In this document: positions 14,594 to 22,834 of the stretch, in pieces
How positions within the stretch are numbered: position 1 is the first letter of the stretch
Layout: each line of letters opens with the position of its first letter
IMG/VR virus record: IMGVR_UViG_3300012971_000025
Location: 1 to 49,103 of that record
DNA length: 49,103 nucleotides
Source: a virus
Taxonomy: Duplodnaviria > Caudoviricetes
Direction: 5' to 3' (one strand)
Translations under genes and position numbers: made by a program
Notes under the pieces: model-generated
Told to the model about the DNA's origin: nothing
What the model saw: only the letters and a program-made list of their open reading frames with translations
Database searches by the model: none

Positions 14594-17320
14594 ATGGGTG
14601 ACCCCTGGGTGGCTGAGCAGCTAGACGCGCTCGGCCTCGCCCCGCGCCCGGACAGCCCCGCGACGGCCATCCCCACCGAGCTGGCCGAGGGTGTGCATGT
14701 TCAGGTGACCGGCGGCCCGCACGCCCTCACCGAGGGCGTGATCATCCGGGAGAGCCAGATCCCCGGGGACGTCCTGGTCGCCAGCGACGGGACCGGCGGG
14801 CTGCTGTCGGTCCCGGCCAAGCACCTGCGGCCGTGGGCGCAGCGGGCGTTCAACCCGAAGGAGGCCCGGGGGTTCCACGGCCGGTGGGAGCACGTCGGCG
14901 GCAGCTCGTTCAACTTCGAGGGCCCGCCGGGCGGCGACGGCCATGTGCGGGCGATCATGGCGACCGCCGATGACGTTGACCGGCAGCCGGGGATGCAGGA
15001 CGCGGCGACCGACATCCGCAACGCGGCCCGGGCGATGGTCCGCCGCGACATGCCGGCGGCGAACCGGCACCTGGACGGCGCGGCGTACCTGGACGGGATC
15101 TACGCCGGGGGGACGAACCGGAACCGGATCGAGGCGATCCGCCGCTCGTTCGCGGCGGTGCCGAAGGGCGCGGTCACTGAGCCGGGGCTGGTGTCGCCGC
15201 CCCCGGAGCTGAACGTCAAGTACCAGCGGAAGCTGAAGGGCCAGCCGGTGCCGGCGGGGATCGGGACGTACGCGGCGCGGGCGTTCGACCCGAAGGAGGC
15301 CCGCGATCCCGGTGGCAAGTGGGTGCATATCGGCACCGGCCACTCGCTCAAGTCGGTGGCCAAGATCATCCACCACGACCAGGGGGTCAGGCCGGACGGC
15401 CCCGCGCTGCTGGGCGACCTGGAGAAGGTGGACCAGGGGGAGTCCCCCGTCCACCAGGGCCGGTTCGGCAAGTACAAGCTCAGCCCCGCCGGCTACGGCA
15501 AGTACCGGGTGTCCAAGCCTGCGGGCCAGCCCAAGGGCGTCATGATCGACAGGCCGGTTGACCCGGAGGGCGGGTTCGACGCTTACGCGAGGCGGGCGTT
15601 CGACCCGAACGAGGCCCGTGACCCGCACAGCGGCGAGTGGATCGTCACCGGGCGCGGGCTGGCGAACCACCTGCACGGCAAGCCGGTCGTCGGGCGGCAC
15701 GAGAACGGCATGGACGTGCACGGCACCTACGCCGGGAAGGGGTACGTCCGCCCGGCGGGCGGCGGGCCGCCGATCCCGGTGACGCATGTGCGCCCGGCGG
15801 ACAAGAAGCTGGCCCCGGAGCGGACGCGGGTGCCGGTCGGTGCGGGCCCGCTCGGTGGCGGCGCGTTCAGCGACTACACGCGGCGGGCCGTCCAGATAGT
15901 GGAGCGGGCGCTCGGGACGATCACCCCGGAGCCGCGCGGGAAGCCGGGCGGCCCTGGCCTGTACCACCTGAAGGGCAAGGGCCACGCGCCGTACTTCCAG
16001 CACATCGTGAACGACCTGATCGAATCCGGCCACCCCGAGCCCGAGGCGTACAGCCTCGCGTGGGGGATCTTGCGGAACTTCGCCGCCGGCCACGACGGCA
16101 AGGGCAACCGGGTCCACCCGGACACGCAGGCCAAGGCTGTGGCGGCCCTGGCCTTTGAGCAGAAGCGGCGGGCCGAAGCCAAGGCGACAAGGAGCACCAC
16201 GATGCCCGACACCCATGACGCAGACGGCCTGGACGCGAGCTGGGACGGCGATCTTGAGGATCTGCCGGACCTGACCGGGCTCACGATGGACGACCTGGAC
16301 GCGGCGGCGGCGGCCGACCCGGAGCAGTTCGCCGGCTGGCTGGCGGGTGGTACGGCGCAGCGGGCGGCCAAGCTCGGCAGCGGGGCCCGGTTCGCGGCGC
16401 TGAAGGCGAAGCTCGCCGGGCGCGGCATCCGCGACCCGGGGGCGCTGGCCGCGCACATCGGCCGGCAGAAGTACGGCAAGGCACGGTTCCACGCGCTCGC
16501 GTCGGCGGCGCGGAAGCGGAAGGGCGGTCCATCAATGGCACGGTCGGAGATCTTCCGGTACTGGCCGCTGGAGGAGTGCCGCATCCTGTCGCGCTCCGAC
16601 GGTGAGGAATACGGCAGCGGCCGGGTGGTGGAGGCGTACGCGGCGGTGTTCGAGGTGCCCGCCGAGATCCGCGACCACGAGGGCCACTACGTCGAGACGA
16701 TCGACGGCGGCGCGTTCCACGAGGTGATCCGCACGATCCACCCCGACCGCAACGGCGGGTTCTGGAACGCGACCTGCCTGTACAACCACGGCATGACCGT
16801 GCACGGCACCCCGGCCGAGCGGTTCTCCTTGCCGGCGGGGCTGCCCCGGTGGATCTCCGCCGAGGGCAAGGGCCTGCTGACCCGCACCGAGTACGCGAAC
16901 ACCCCGCTGGGTGAGGAGCTGCTGGAGCTGGTCAACATGGGGGCGCTGCGTTCCCAGTCGTTCACGGGCGGGATCATCCGCTCCACCCCGATGCTGCGGG
17001 GCCCCGGCGACCGCTACCCGGAGATGACCCGGGTCCGCCGGATGCAGCTCGGTCTCCGCGAGTACGGCCTGACGCCGTTCGCGGCCTACTCGGGCGCTGA
17101 GGTCCTCGGCGTCCGTATGCAGCTTCCTGGCGACCTGGACGGTCCCCAGGAGGAGTACGAGGACGCGGCGGCACCCGTCGATGACGGCGGCCACGGCGGC
17201 TCCCCCGAAGCGGAGACCGTGTCCCGGTCCACCAGCAACCGGCTGTACCGCCTGCGCACGCAAGAGGCGCTGGAGCGGGCCGGGATCACTCTGCCCGGAC
17301 GGGCAGGAGAGGAGCAGTAA
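14594..17320 (+). CDS. HK97-type prohead (capsid maturation) protease with ~650 aa N-terminal tagged cargo extension
   Basis: C-terminal domain VEAYAAVF...ETIDGGAF...LYNHG (His)...SQSFTG (Ser)...LREYGLTPFAAYSGA; three RAF(D/N)PxEAR tags; directly before the capsid gene. Confidence 0.9.
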   Translation: MGDPWVAEQLDALGLAPRPDSPATAIPTELAEGVHVQVTGGPHALTEGVIIRESQIPGDVLVASDGTGGLLSVPAKHLRPWAQRAFNPKEARGFHGRWEHVGGSSFNFEGPPGGDGHVRAIMATADDVDRQPGMQDAATDIRNAARAMVRRDMPAANRHLDGAAYLDGIYAGGTNRNRIEAIRRSFAAVPKGAVTEPGLVSPPPELNVKYQRKLKGQPVPAGIGTYAARAFDPKEARDPGGKWVHIGTGHSLKSVAKIIHHDQGVRPDGPALLGDLEKVDQGESPVHQGRFGKYKLSPAGYGKYRVSKPAGQPKGVMIDRPVDPEGGFDAYARRAFDPNEARDPHSGEWIVTGRGLANHLHGKPVVGRHENGMDVHGTYAGKGYVRPAGGGPPIPVTHVRPADKKLAPERTRVPVGAGPLGGGAFSDYTRRAVQIVERALGTITPEPRGKPGGPGLYHLKGKGHAPYFQHIVNDLIESGHPEPEAYSLAWGILRNFAAGHDGKGNRVHPDTQAKAVAALAFEQKRRAEAKATRSTTMPDTHDADGLDASWDGDLEDLPDLTGLTMDDLDAAAAADPEQFAGWLAGGTAQRAAKLGSGARFAALKAKLAGRGIRDPGALAAHIGRQKYGKARFHALASAARKRKGGPSMARSEIFRYWPLEECRILSRSDGEEYGSGRVVEAYAAVFEVPAEIRDHEGHYVETIDGGAFHEVIRTIHPDRNGGFWNATCLYNHGMTVHGTPAERFSLPAGLPRWISAEGKGLLTRTEYANTPLGEELLELVNMGALRSQSFTGGIIRSTPMLRGPGDRYPEMTRVRRMQLGLREYGLTPFAAYSGAEVLGVRMQLPGDLDGPQEEYEDAAAPVDDGGHGGSPEAETVSRSTSNRLYRLRTQEALERAGITLPGRAGEEQ
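14842..15618 (+). repeat. three near-identical 27-nt repeats GCGGGCGTTC(A/G)ACCCGAA(G/C)GAGGCCCG (14842, 15277, 15592)
   Basis: Read directly; they encode the RAF(N/D)PxEAR tags. Confidence 0.9.
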
Positions 17321-17323
17321 GCC

Positions 17324-18835
17324 ATGCGTCTCCAGGAGATGCTGGACCGCCAGTCGGCCATCCGCAACGAGCTGGCCAACATGGACGCCGACCCGCAGAC
17401 CACCGAGGAGGGCGACGGCGACATCCGCGACACCCTCATTGACGAGTACGAGAAGATCGAGGAGCTGAAGAAGCCGGTCATCTCCCGGATGGAGAAGATC
17501 AAGCTGATTCAGCGCGGCGCGGACGACCCGTTCGCGGGCGAGCCGGGCGACGCCAACGGGCAGGCCCCGTACAACGGCGGCGCGGTGCGGCAGGCGCAGC
17601 GGTGGGGCGGCGGGCAGACCCCCGAGTTCATGACCAGGCTGGACCCGTTCGCGGAGCTGGACAAGGTCAAGGACGGGCTGGTGCGCGGGTCGGACATGGT
17701 GGCCCGGTCGCTGAACGTCATCGAGATGCACAACCGGCGCGGCCTGCTGGCCGACGACCGGGCGCAGGAGGCGACGCGGAAGGCGGCGCTGGACCCGATG
17801 ATCGCCCGGCACATGCTGATGACGGGCTACGACGAGTACGTGGAAGCGTTCCGCATGTACCTGAACGACCCGCAGGGTGAGGGCCTGCGGGCGGCGCAGC
17901 GGTCGCTCACGCTGGGCACGGCCTCGGGGGGGTACCTCCTTCCGTACGTGCTCGATCCAACTGTGGTACTCAGTTCGGACGGGTCGATCAACCCGTACCG
18001 GGCGCTGGCGGACGTCAAGACGACCACGTCGAACGCCTGGCAGGGTGTCAACAGCGCGGGCGTGCAGATGGGCTGGCTCGATGAAGGCGGCCAGGCCACC
18101 GACAACACGCCGTCCACGGCGCAGATCCAGATCTTCGTCAAGAAGGCGGCGGCCTGGGTCATCGCGTCGTTCGAGTCCAACGCGGACACCAACTTCGCCG
18201 ACCAGCTCCCCCGGCTCCTGGCCGACAGCAAGGACATCTTGGAGGAAACCGCTTTCGCGAGGGGCACGGGCGGCACCGGCAACGCCGGCCAGCCGTCGGG
18301 TGTCCTGACCGGCCTCGGCACCGCCCAGCGGGTCCTGGCGGGCGGCTCGGGCGTGGCGGCGTTCGTCGGCACCTCGGGTGGCGCGAACGGCGGCGGCATG
18401 GGCGACGTGTACGCGCTGAACTCGGCGCTCGGCCCCCGGTTCCGGCTGTCCGGGTCGGTGGCGTGGGTCATGAACATTACCAACATCAACCGCATCCGGC
18501 AGATCGACCTGTACGGCGGCGGCGCGTTCATCACCAACCTGCGTGACGGGCAGCCGCTGACCCTGCTGGACAAGCCGCTGCGGGAGTCGCCGTCGCTGAC
18601 CCAGACCCCGGGCACCGGCACGGCGCTGGTCGCGGCGTCGGGGGTGTTCGGCGACTTCAGCAAGTTCTACATCGTGGACCGCGTGGGCAGCACGATGCTG
18701 TTCGACCCGATGATCAAGAGCGCGTCCACGGCGAACATGCCGACGGGGAACCAGGGCTGGTTCTACTACTGGCGGGTCGGCTCGGGCCGTGCGGCGGACA
18801 ACGCGTTCCGCTGGGCGTCCGGCGGCACCGCCTGA
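17324..18835 (+). CDS. major capsid protein, HK97 fold with N-terminal delta (scaffold) domain
   Basis: Coiled-coil N-terminus, QRSLTLGTASGGYLLP, GWLDEG, E..AF..GTG, WVMN, LLDKP, FGDFSKF.IVDR. Confidence 0.93.
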   Translation: MRLQEMLDRQSAIRNELANMDADPQTTEEGDGDIRDTLIDEYEKIEELKKPVISRMEKIKLIQRGADDPFAGEPGDANGQAPYNGGAVRQAQRWGGGQTPEFMTRLDPFAELDKVKDGLVRGSDMVARSLNVIEMHNRRGLLADDRAQEATRKAALDPMIARHMLMTGYDEYVEAFRMYLNDPQGEGLRAAQRSLTLGTASGGYLLPYVLDPTVVLSSDGSINPYRALADVKTTTSNAWQGVNSAGVQMGWLDEGGQATDNTPSTAQIQIFVKKAAAWVIASFESNADTNFADQLPRLLADSKDILEETAFARGTGGTGNAGQPSGVLTGLGTAQRVLAGGSGVAAFVGTSGGANGGGMGDVYALNSALGPRFRLSGSVAWVMNITNINRIRQIDLYGGGAFITNLRDGQPLTLLDKPLRESPSLTQTPGTGTALVAASGVFGDFSKFYIVDRVGSTMLFDPMIKSASTANMPTGNQGWFYYWRVGSGRAADNAFRWASGGTA

Positions 18836-18843
18836 CCTATCGC

Positions 18844-18883
18844 GGGCCGTGGCCAGGAGGGGCGGGCCCCCTGGCCACGGCCC
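18844..18883 (+). terminator. 14-bp perfect stem-loop immediately after the capsid gene
   Basis: GGGCCGTGGCCAGG (18844-18857) is the reverse complement of CCTGGCCACGGCCC (18870-18883). Confidence 0.65.
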
Positions 18884-18911
18884 GGCCACGCTATCGCCAA
18901 GGGAGTACGCC

Positions 18912-19184
18912 ATGACCGCTGGACCCGTTCAGCCGAGCACCCCGCCCCCGGACCTGCCCGGCACCGAGGCCACCCACCATGTGGCCGGCCTGATGGACGC
19001 CGCACACGCCGACTGGAATGCGCGGTCGGCGCACGGCCGCCAGGTGGCGGACGCCGGGCCGCACGATTCGCCGTACCCGGACTACCCGGCCCCGATGGGC
19101 GAGGCCCCGCCGCCGGGCTGGTTCGGCGATGAGTACCCGCTGGGCACCGAGCAAGTGTCCAGCGACGCGAACTACGAGTGCTGA
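18912..19184 (+). CDS. small Pro-rich hypothetical protein
   Basis: AAGGGAG RBS and ATG at 18912. Confidence 0.6.
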   Translation: MTAGPVQPSTPPPDLPGTEATHHVAGLMDAAHADWNARSAHGRQVADAGPHDSPYPDYPAPMGEAPPPGWFGDEYPLGTEQVSSDANYEC

Positions 19185-19233
19185 CCGAGCTACCTGATGG
19201 GCACCCCGGTGCCCCCGGCCCAGGGAGTCCACG

Positions 19234-21117
19234 ATCAAGATCCTGATCCATTCCAACGCACCCGCGCCCATGTCCTGGACGGGGTACGGGGTGCAGACCG
19301 CGCTGCTCGCGCCACGGCTGGCCAAGGCCGGCCACCAGGTGGCGATCAGTTGCATGACCGGCATCAGCGGGTTCCCGTCCGAGTGGGAGGGCATCCCGCT
19401 GCTGCCGGCCGGGCTGACGTCGTACAGCTCGGACATCGTGACCGAGCACGCGGCCCGGTTCTTCGGCCCCGACCCGGGGCTGCTGCTGGTGCACTACGAC
19501 GGGTGGGCGGTCGGCGCGGAGCCGGTGCGCCAGTTCGCGACAGCCGCGTGGACCCCGGTGCACTCGGTGGGGATGAGCGCGGGGGACAAGCTGTTCTACG
19601 CGCTGTCCGGCGCGGTGCCGATGGCGTTCTCCCGGTTCGGCGAGGCGATGATGCGCCGCGCCGGGCTGGAGCCGCTGTACATCCCGCACGGCGTGGACAC
19701 CGCCGCGTACCGGCCGCTGACCGAGGAGGAGCGGTCGGCCGCCCGGCACGCCGCCGGGGTGCCCGAGGGCGCGTTCGTGCTGGCGGCGGTCGGCGCGAAC
19801 AAGGGCACCGACCCGCCGCGCAAGGGCTGGGGCGAGCTGATGTGGTCGTTCGCCCAGTTCCGCAAGCGCCACCCGGAGGCGGTGCTGCTGGTCCATTCGC
19901 TGATCGCCACGCCCGAGGGGTGGGGGCTGGACATGCGCCCGCTGATCGCCGACCTCGGCATCGGCGGGTCGGTGATCTTCTCCGACGACTACAAGCAGGT
20001 GACCGGGCTGTTCGGCGCGGACTACCTGCGGCGGCTGATGGGCTGCGCCGACGTGTTCGTCAACCCGTCCTGGGGTGAGGGGTTCGGCATCCCGGCGGTG
20101 GAGGCGCAGGCGTGCGGTACCCCGGTGATCGTCGGGGACAACTCGGCGCAGGCGGAGCTGTGCGGCGCGGGGTGGAAGGTGGCGTGCCAGCCGTACTGGC
20201 AGCCCCGCGACCAGGCGTGGTGGCACGCGCCGCTGGTGAAGTCGCTGACCGCGTGCATGGAGAAGGCGCACGCGGCGCGGGGGTCGGCGAAACTGCGGGA
20301 GAAGGCGCGAAACTTCGCTGAGGGCTACGACGCGGACCTGGTGTTCACCCAGTACTGGAAGCCGGCGCTGGAGATGCTGGAACAGCTCGTGGGCGCGGTG
20401 CGGGTCCGGCCGCCGTCGCGGAACGGCGCGGTGCCGCTGCCGACCGCCGAGGCCGACGGGCTGCGGTGGCTGGCGCGGGGCGGGCACACCGACGACTGGA
20501 TCTCGGTGGCGCATGAGGACGCGCTGTCCCCGGTGCTGTTCAGCCTCCTGCCTGAGGGTGGGGTGCTGCTGGACGCCGGCGCTCATGTGGGCCGGTGGGC
20601 GCTGCGGCTGGCGGCCAGGGCGTCGCGGGTGATCGCGGTGGAGGCGAACCCGGACACGGCGGCGGTGCTGCGGTACCACATCGCGCTGAACGAGATCACC
20701 AACGTGGACGTGATCGAGGTCGCGGCGTGGGACGTGCCAGGGCGGCTGGTGCTGTCGGACCCGAACCGGCAGGTGACCGGCGGGTCCACGCGGGTGCTGG
20801 AGCCCGACGAGGTCCCGGGGGGCGTCGCGGTGGAGGCGCTGCCGCTGGACGCGGTCCTGGAGGACGAGGAGCGGATCGACCTGGTCAAGCTGGATGTGGA
20901 GGGCGCGGACCTGCACGCGCTGTGGGGGATGCGGCAGAGCCTGGCGCGGCTGCGGCCGGTGCTGTTCATCGAGGACCACTCGATCTACGGCTACTACGCC
21001 CATACTGAGCTGGTGGAGCTGCTGGCCAAGCTGGGCTATGACGCGGAGACGTTCACCGCGCACTTGCCCGGCGACCGCACCGCGCCGTATGTGATCGCGA
21101 GGCCCGCTGATGACTGA
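19234..21117 (+). CDS. GT4 (GT-B) glycosyltransferase fused to a FkbM-family methyltransferase; probable ATC start
   Basis: KILIHSNAP...TGYG, IPHGVD, RKG, DVFVNPSWGEGFGIPAVEAQACGTPVI; then LDAGAHVG, AVEANP, LVKLDVEG. Confidence 0.9.
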   Translation: MKILIHSNAPAPMSWTGYGVQTALLAPRLAKAGHQVAISCMTGISGFPSEWEGIPLLPAGLTSYSSDIVTEHAARFFGPDPGLLLVHYDGWAVGAEPVRQFATAAWTPVHSVGMSAGDKLFYALSGAVPMAFSRFGEAMMRRAGLEPLYIPHGVDTAAYRPLTEEERSAARHAAGVPEGAFVLAAVGANKGTDPPRKGWGELMWSFAQFRKRHPEAVLLVHSLIATPEGWGLDMRPLIADLGIGGSVIFSDDYKQVTGLFGADYLRRLMGCADVFVNPSWGEGFGIPAVEAQACGTPVIVGDNSAQAELCGAGWKVACQPYWQPRDQAWWHAPLVKSLTACMEKAHAARGSAKLREKARNFAEGYDADLVFTQYWKPALEMLEQLVGAVRVRPPSRNGAVPLPTAEADGLRWLARGGHTDDWISVAHEDALSPVLFSLLPEGGVLLDAGAHVGRWALRLAARASRVIAVEANPDTAAVLRYHIALNEITNVDVIEVAAWDVPGRLVLSDPNRQVTGGSTRVLEPDEVPGGVAVEALPLDAVLEDEERIDLVKLDVEGADLHALWGMRQSLARLRPVLFIEDHSIYGYYAHTELVELLAKLGYDAETFTAHLPGDRTAPYVIARPADD

Positions 21118-21778
21118 CCCGCCCACCGCGTGGTGGGGCGGCTCGGGTGAGCACAGCCCCGTGGTGGAGGAGGCGCTGCGGCTCGGCGCGTCGCAGGACG
21201 CGGAGGAGCTGCGGCTGGCCCTGGAGATGGTTCAGGGCTGTGAGCCGCAGGTGATCCTGGAGATCGGCTGTGACCGTGGCGGCACGCTGTACGCGTGGCG
21301 GCAGGTGTGCGAGCGGGTGTACGGGATCACGACCAAGGACAACAGCTACGAGTCCGGCGGGTCGGGGCTGCCGCTGGAGACGCACGGCGCGGTGGTGCAC
21401 ATCGGCGACTCGCACGAGCGGACGGCGACGGCGTGGCTGGCCGGGCAGCTCGGCCACGGCTACGACCCCACCGACCTGCTGGACCCGGTGGATGTGCTGG
21501 TGCTGGACGGCGACCACACCGTGTGGGGCGTCCGGCAGGACCTGGCGATGTATGGGCCGCTGGTCCGCCCGGGTGGGCTGATCCTGCTGCATGACATCAG
21601 CTACACGCCGGACCCACGGGCCGAGGTGTGGCAGGTCTGGCCCGAGATCGCCAAGGCGTACAGCACGGGGGAGATCCACAACCCGGCGGGCGGCTACGGG
21701 TGGGGCGTCATCGAGGTGTCGGATGCGGATGACTTCGCACGGCTGGCTCCAGATGAGGCCACCCGCCGTTCTCGATGA
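21110..21778 (+). CDS. class I SAM-dependent methyltransferase (Methyltransf_24-like)
   Basis: ILEIGCDRGGT, GDSH, VLDGDH, LVRPGGLILLHD. Confidence 0.88.
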   Translation: MTDPPTAWWGGSGEHSPVVEEALRLGASQDAEELRLALEMVQGCEPQVILEIGCDRGGTLYAWRQVCERVYGITTKDNSYESGGSGLPLETHGAVVHIGDSHERTATAWLAGQLGHGYDPTDLLDPVDVLVLDGDHTVWGVRQDLAMYGPLVRPGGLILLHDISYTPDPRAEVWQVWPEIAKAYSTGEIHNPAGGYGWGVIEVSDADDFARLAPDEATRRSR

Positions 21779-22037
21779 CCAGCACCGGCTTGTCCAGCAG
21801 GAGCGGCGTCTCGGCGGGCAGGGGCGGGGCCTGCCCGGTGGTGCCCGAGTAGGCGCGGCAGTGGTTCAGCCAGAACGGGTCCATTACCCATAGCGCGTCG
21901 CGCCGCAGCGGCGGCGGCACCGCGTAGTAGACCGCGAAGATCATCTGGGCCAGGTCCTTGACGCCGGTCCCGGGGACCTCGTACGGCGGCGGCCGGTCCT
22001 TCTTCGTGGGCTGCCGCCGTCTCCTGAGCAGTCGCAT
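21708..22037 (-). CDS. mini-protein resembling the HK97 capsid A-domain
   Basis: DLAQMIFAVYYAVPPPLRRDALWVMD...LNHCR...PLLLDKPVLV aligns by eye to the capsid segment DVYALNSALGPRFR..VAWVMN...INRIR...LTLLDKPLRE; GGTGA SD-like site; fills an otherwise empty gap. Confidence 0.6.
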   Translation of the reverse strand: MRLLRRRRQPTKKDRPPPYEVPGTGVKDLAQMIFAVYYAVPPPLRRDALWVMDPFWLNHCRAYSGTTGQAPPLPAETPLLLDKPVLVIENGGWPHLEPAVRSHPHPTPR

Positions 22038-22062
22038 CGCATCACCGTACCGAGGAGGAGTC

Positions 22063-22386
22063 ATGACCGAGCCCAGCCTGGAGCACGGGCCGAACCCGGC
22101 GCTGTCCGCACAGCCGGGCGTGGACGCGCCGAGCGCGTTCTCCCAGCCCGAGTACTCCCCGGGCGCGGACCCGCACGCCGGGGGCCTTGCCCCGGCGAAG
22201 CCACGGGCGCAGCTCGCCAAGGAGGCCAAGGCAGCCAAGGCGGCGGCCGAGGCTGAGGAGGATGACGAGGAGCCCGTCCAGGCCGAAACGCGGGTCAAGG
22301 ACGAACCGGCGGCTGAGTCCACGGTGGAGCGGGACAAGCCGGCCGACCATTCCAGCGCACGGGGCCGGGCGGGGCACCGGCCGTGA
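22063..22386 (+). CDS. low-complexity hypothetical protein
   Basis: GAGGAGGAG RBS, ATG 22063. Confidence 0.65.
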   Translation: MTEPSLEHGPNPALSAQPGVDAPSAFSQPEYSPGADPHAGGLAPAKPRAQLAKEAKAAKAAAEAEEDDEEPVQAETRVKDEPAAESTVERDKPADHSSARGRAGHRP

Positions 22387-22712
22387 CCGCGTTCCTGCTG
22401 GACGCGTGGCAGGACTACGTCTGCCCCAACTGCGGTCTCAGTGAACGGGTGAAACCGCCGCTGCCGCCGAACGCGGCGCGGATGCACCCGTGCCCGCGCC
22501 TGCACGGCCTGACCGCGCCGCTGGTCCTCGCCGGCTCGGACTGCAAGGTGTTCGCGGTGGAGCGCGGCGACTACCTGAACGGCGCGATCCAGCGCACCGG
22601 GGACGACGGCCGCCCCTACATGGCCGTGGTGACTGAGCGGGCGGACGGGTCGAACGACGCGGCCGTGTTCGCCGAGTGCGCGGTGGCGCGGCTCGGGGGG
22701 CAGCGGGCATGA
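22383..22712 (+). CDS. hypothetical protein with CxxC/HxC metal-binding motif
   Basis: CPNC...MHPCP; GTGA overlap with the upstream gene. Confidence 0.7.
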   Translation: MTAFLLDAWQDYVCPNCGLSERVKPPLPPNAARMHPCPRLHGLTAPLVLAGSDCKVFAVERGDYLNGAIQRTGDDGRPYMAVVTERADGSNDAAVFAECAVARLGGQRA

Positions 22713-22834
22713 CCGAACCCGAGCCGCCTGCGGTGTACGTCCAGGCCGAGGCCGCGACTGGCGCGGCCGGTGCTGGACCTGAGGAGCCCGAGCCCGAGCC
22801 GGCTGAGGAGACCGACGATGCCGTGGACCGATAG
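22709..22834 (+). CDS. 41-aa acidic peptide (not in ORF track)
   Basis: ATGA overlap; MTEPEPPAVYVQAEAATGAAGAGPEEPEPEPAEETDDAVDR. Confidence 0.45.
   Translation: MTEPEPPAVYVQAEAATGAAGAGPEEPEPEPAEETDDAVDR

Noticed and set aside
14842-15618. 27-nt repeats considered as a CRISPR array
   Set aside because: Spacing is 300-430 nt, the repeats are in frame within a CDS, and there are no cas genes.
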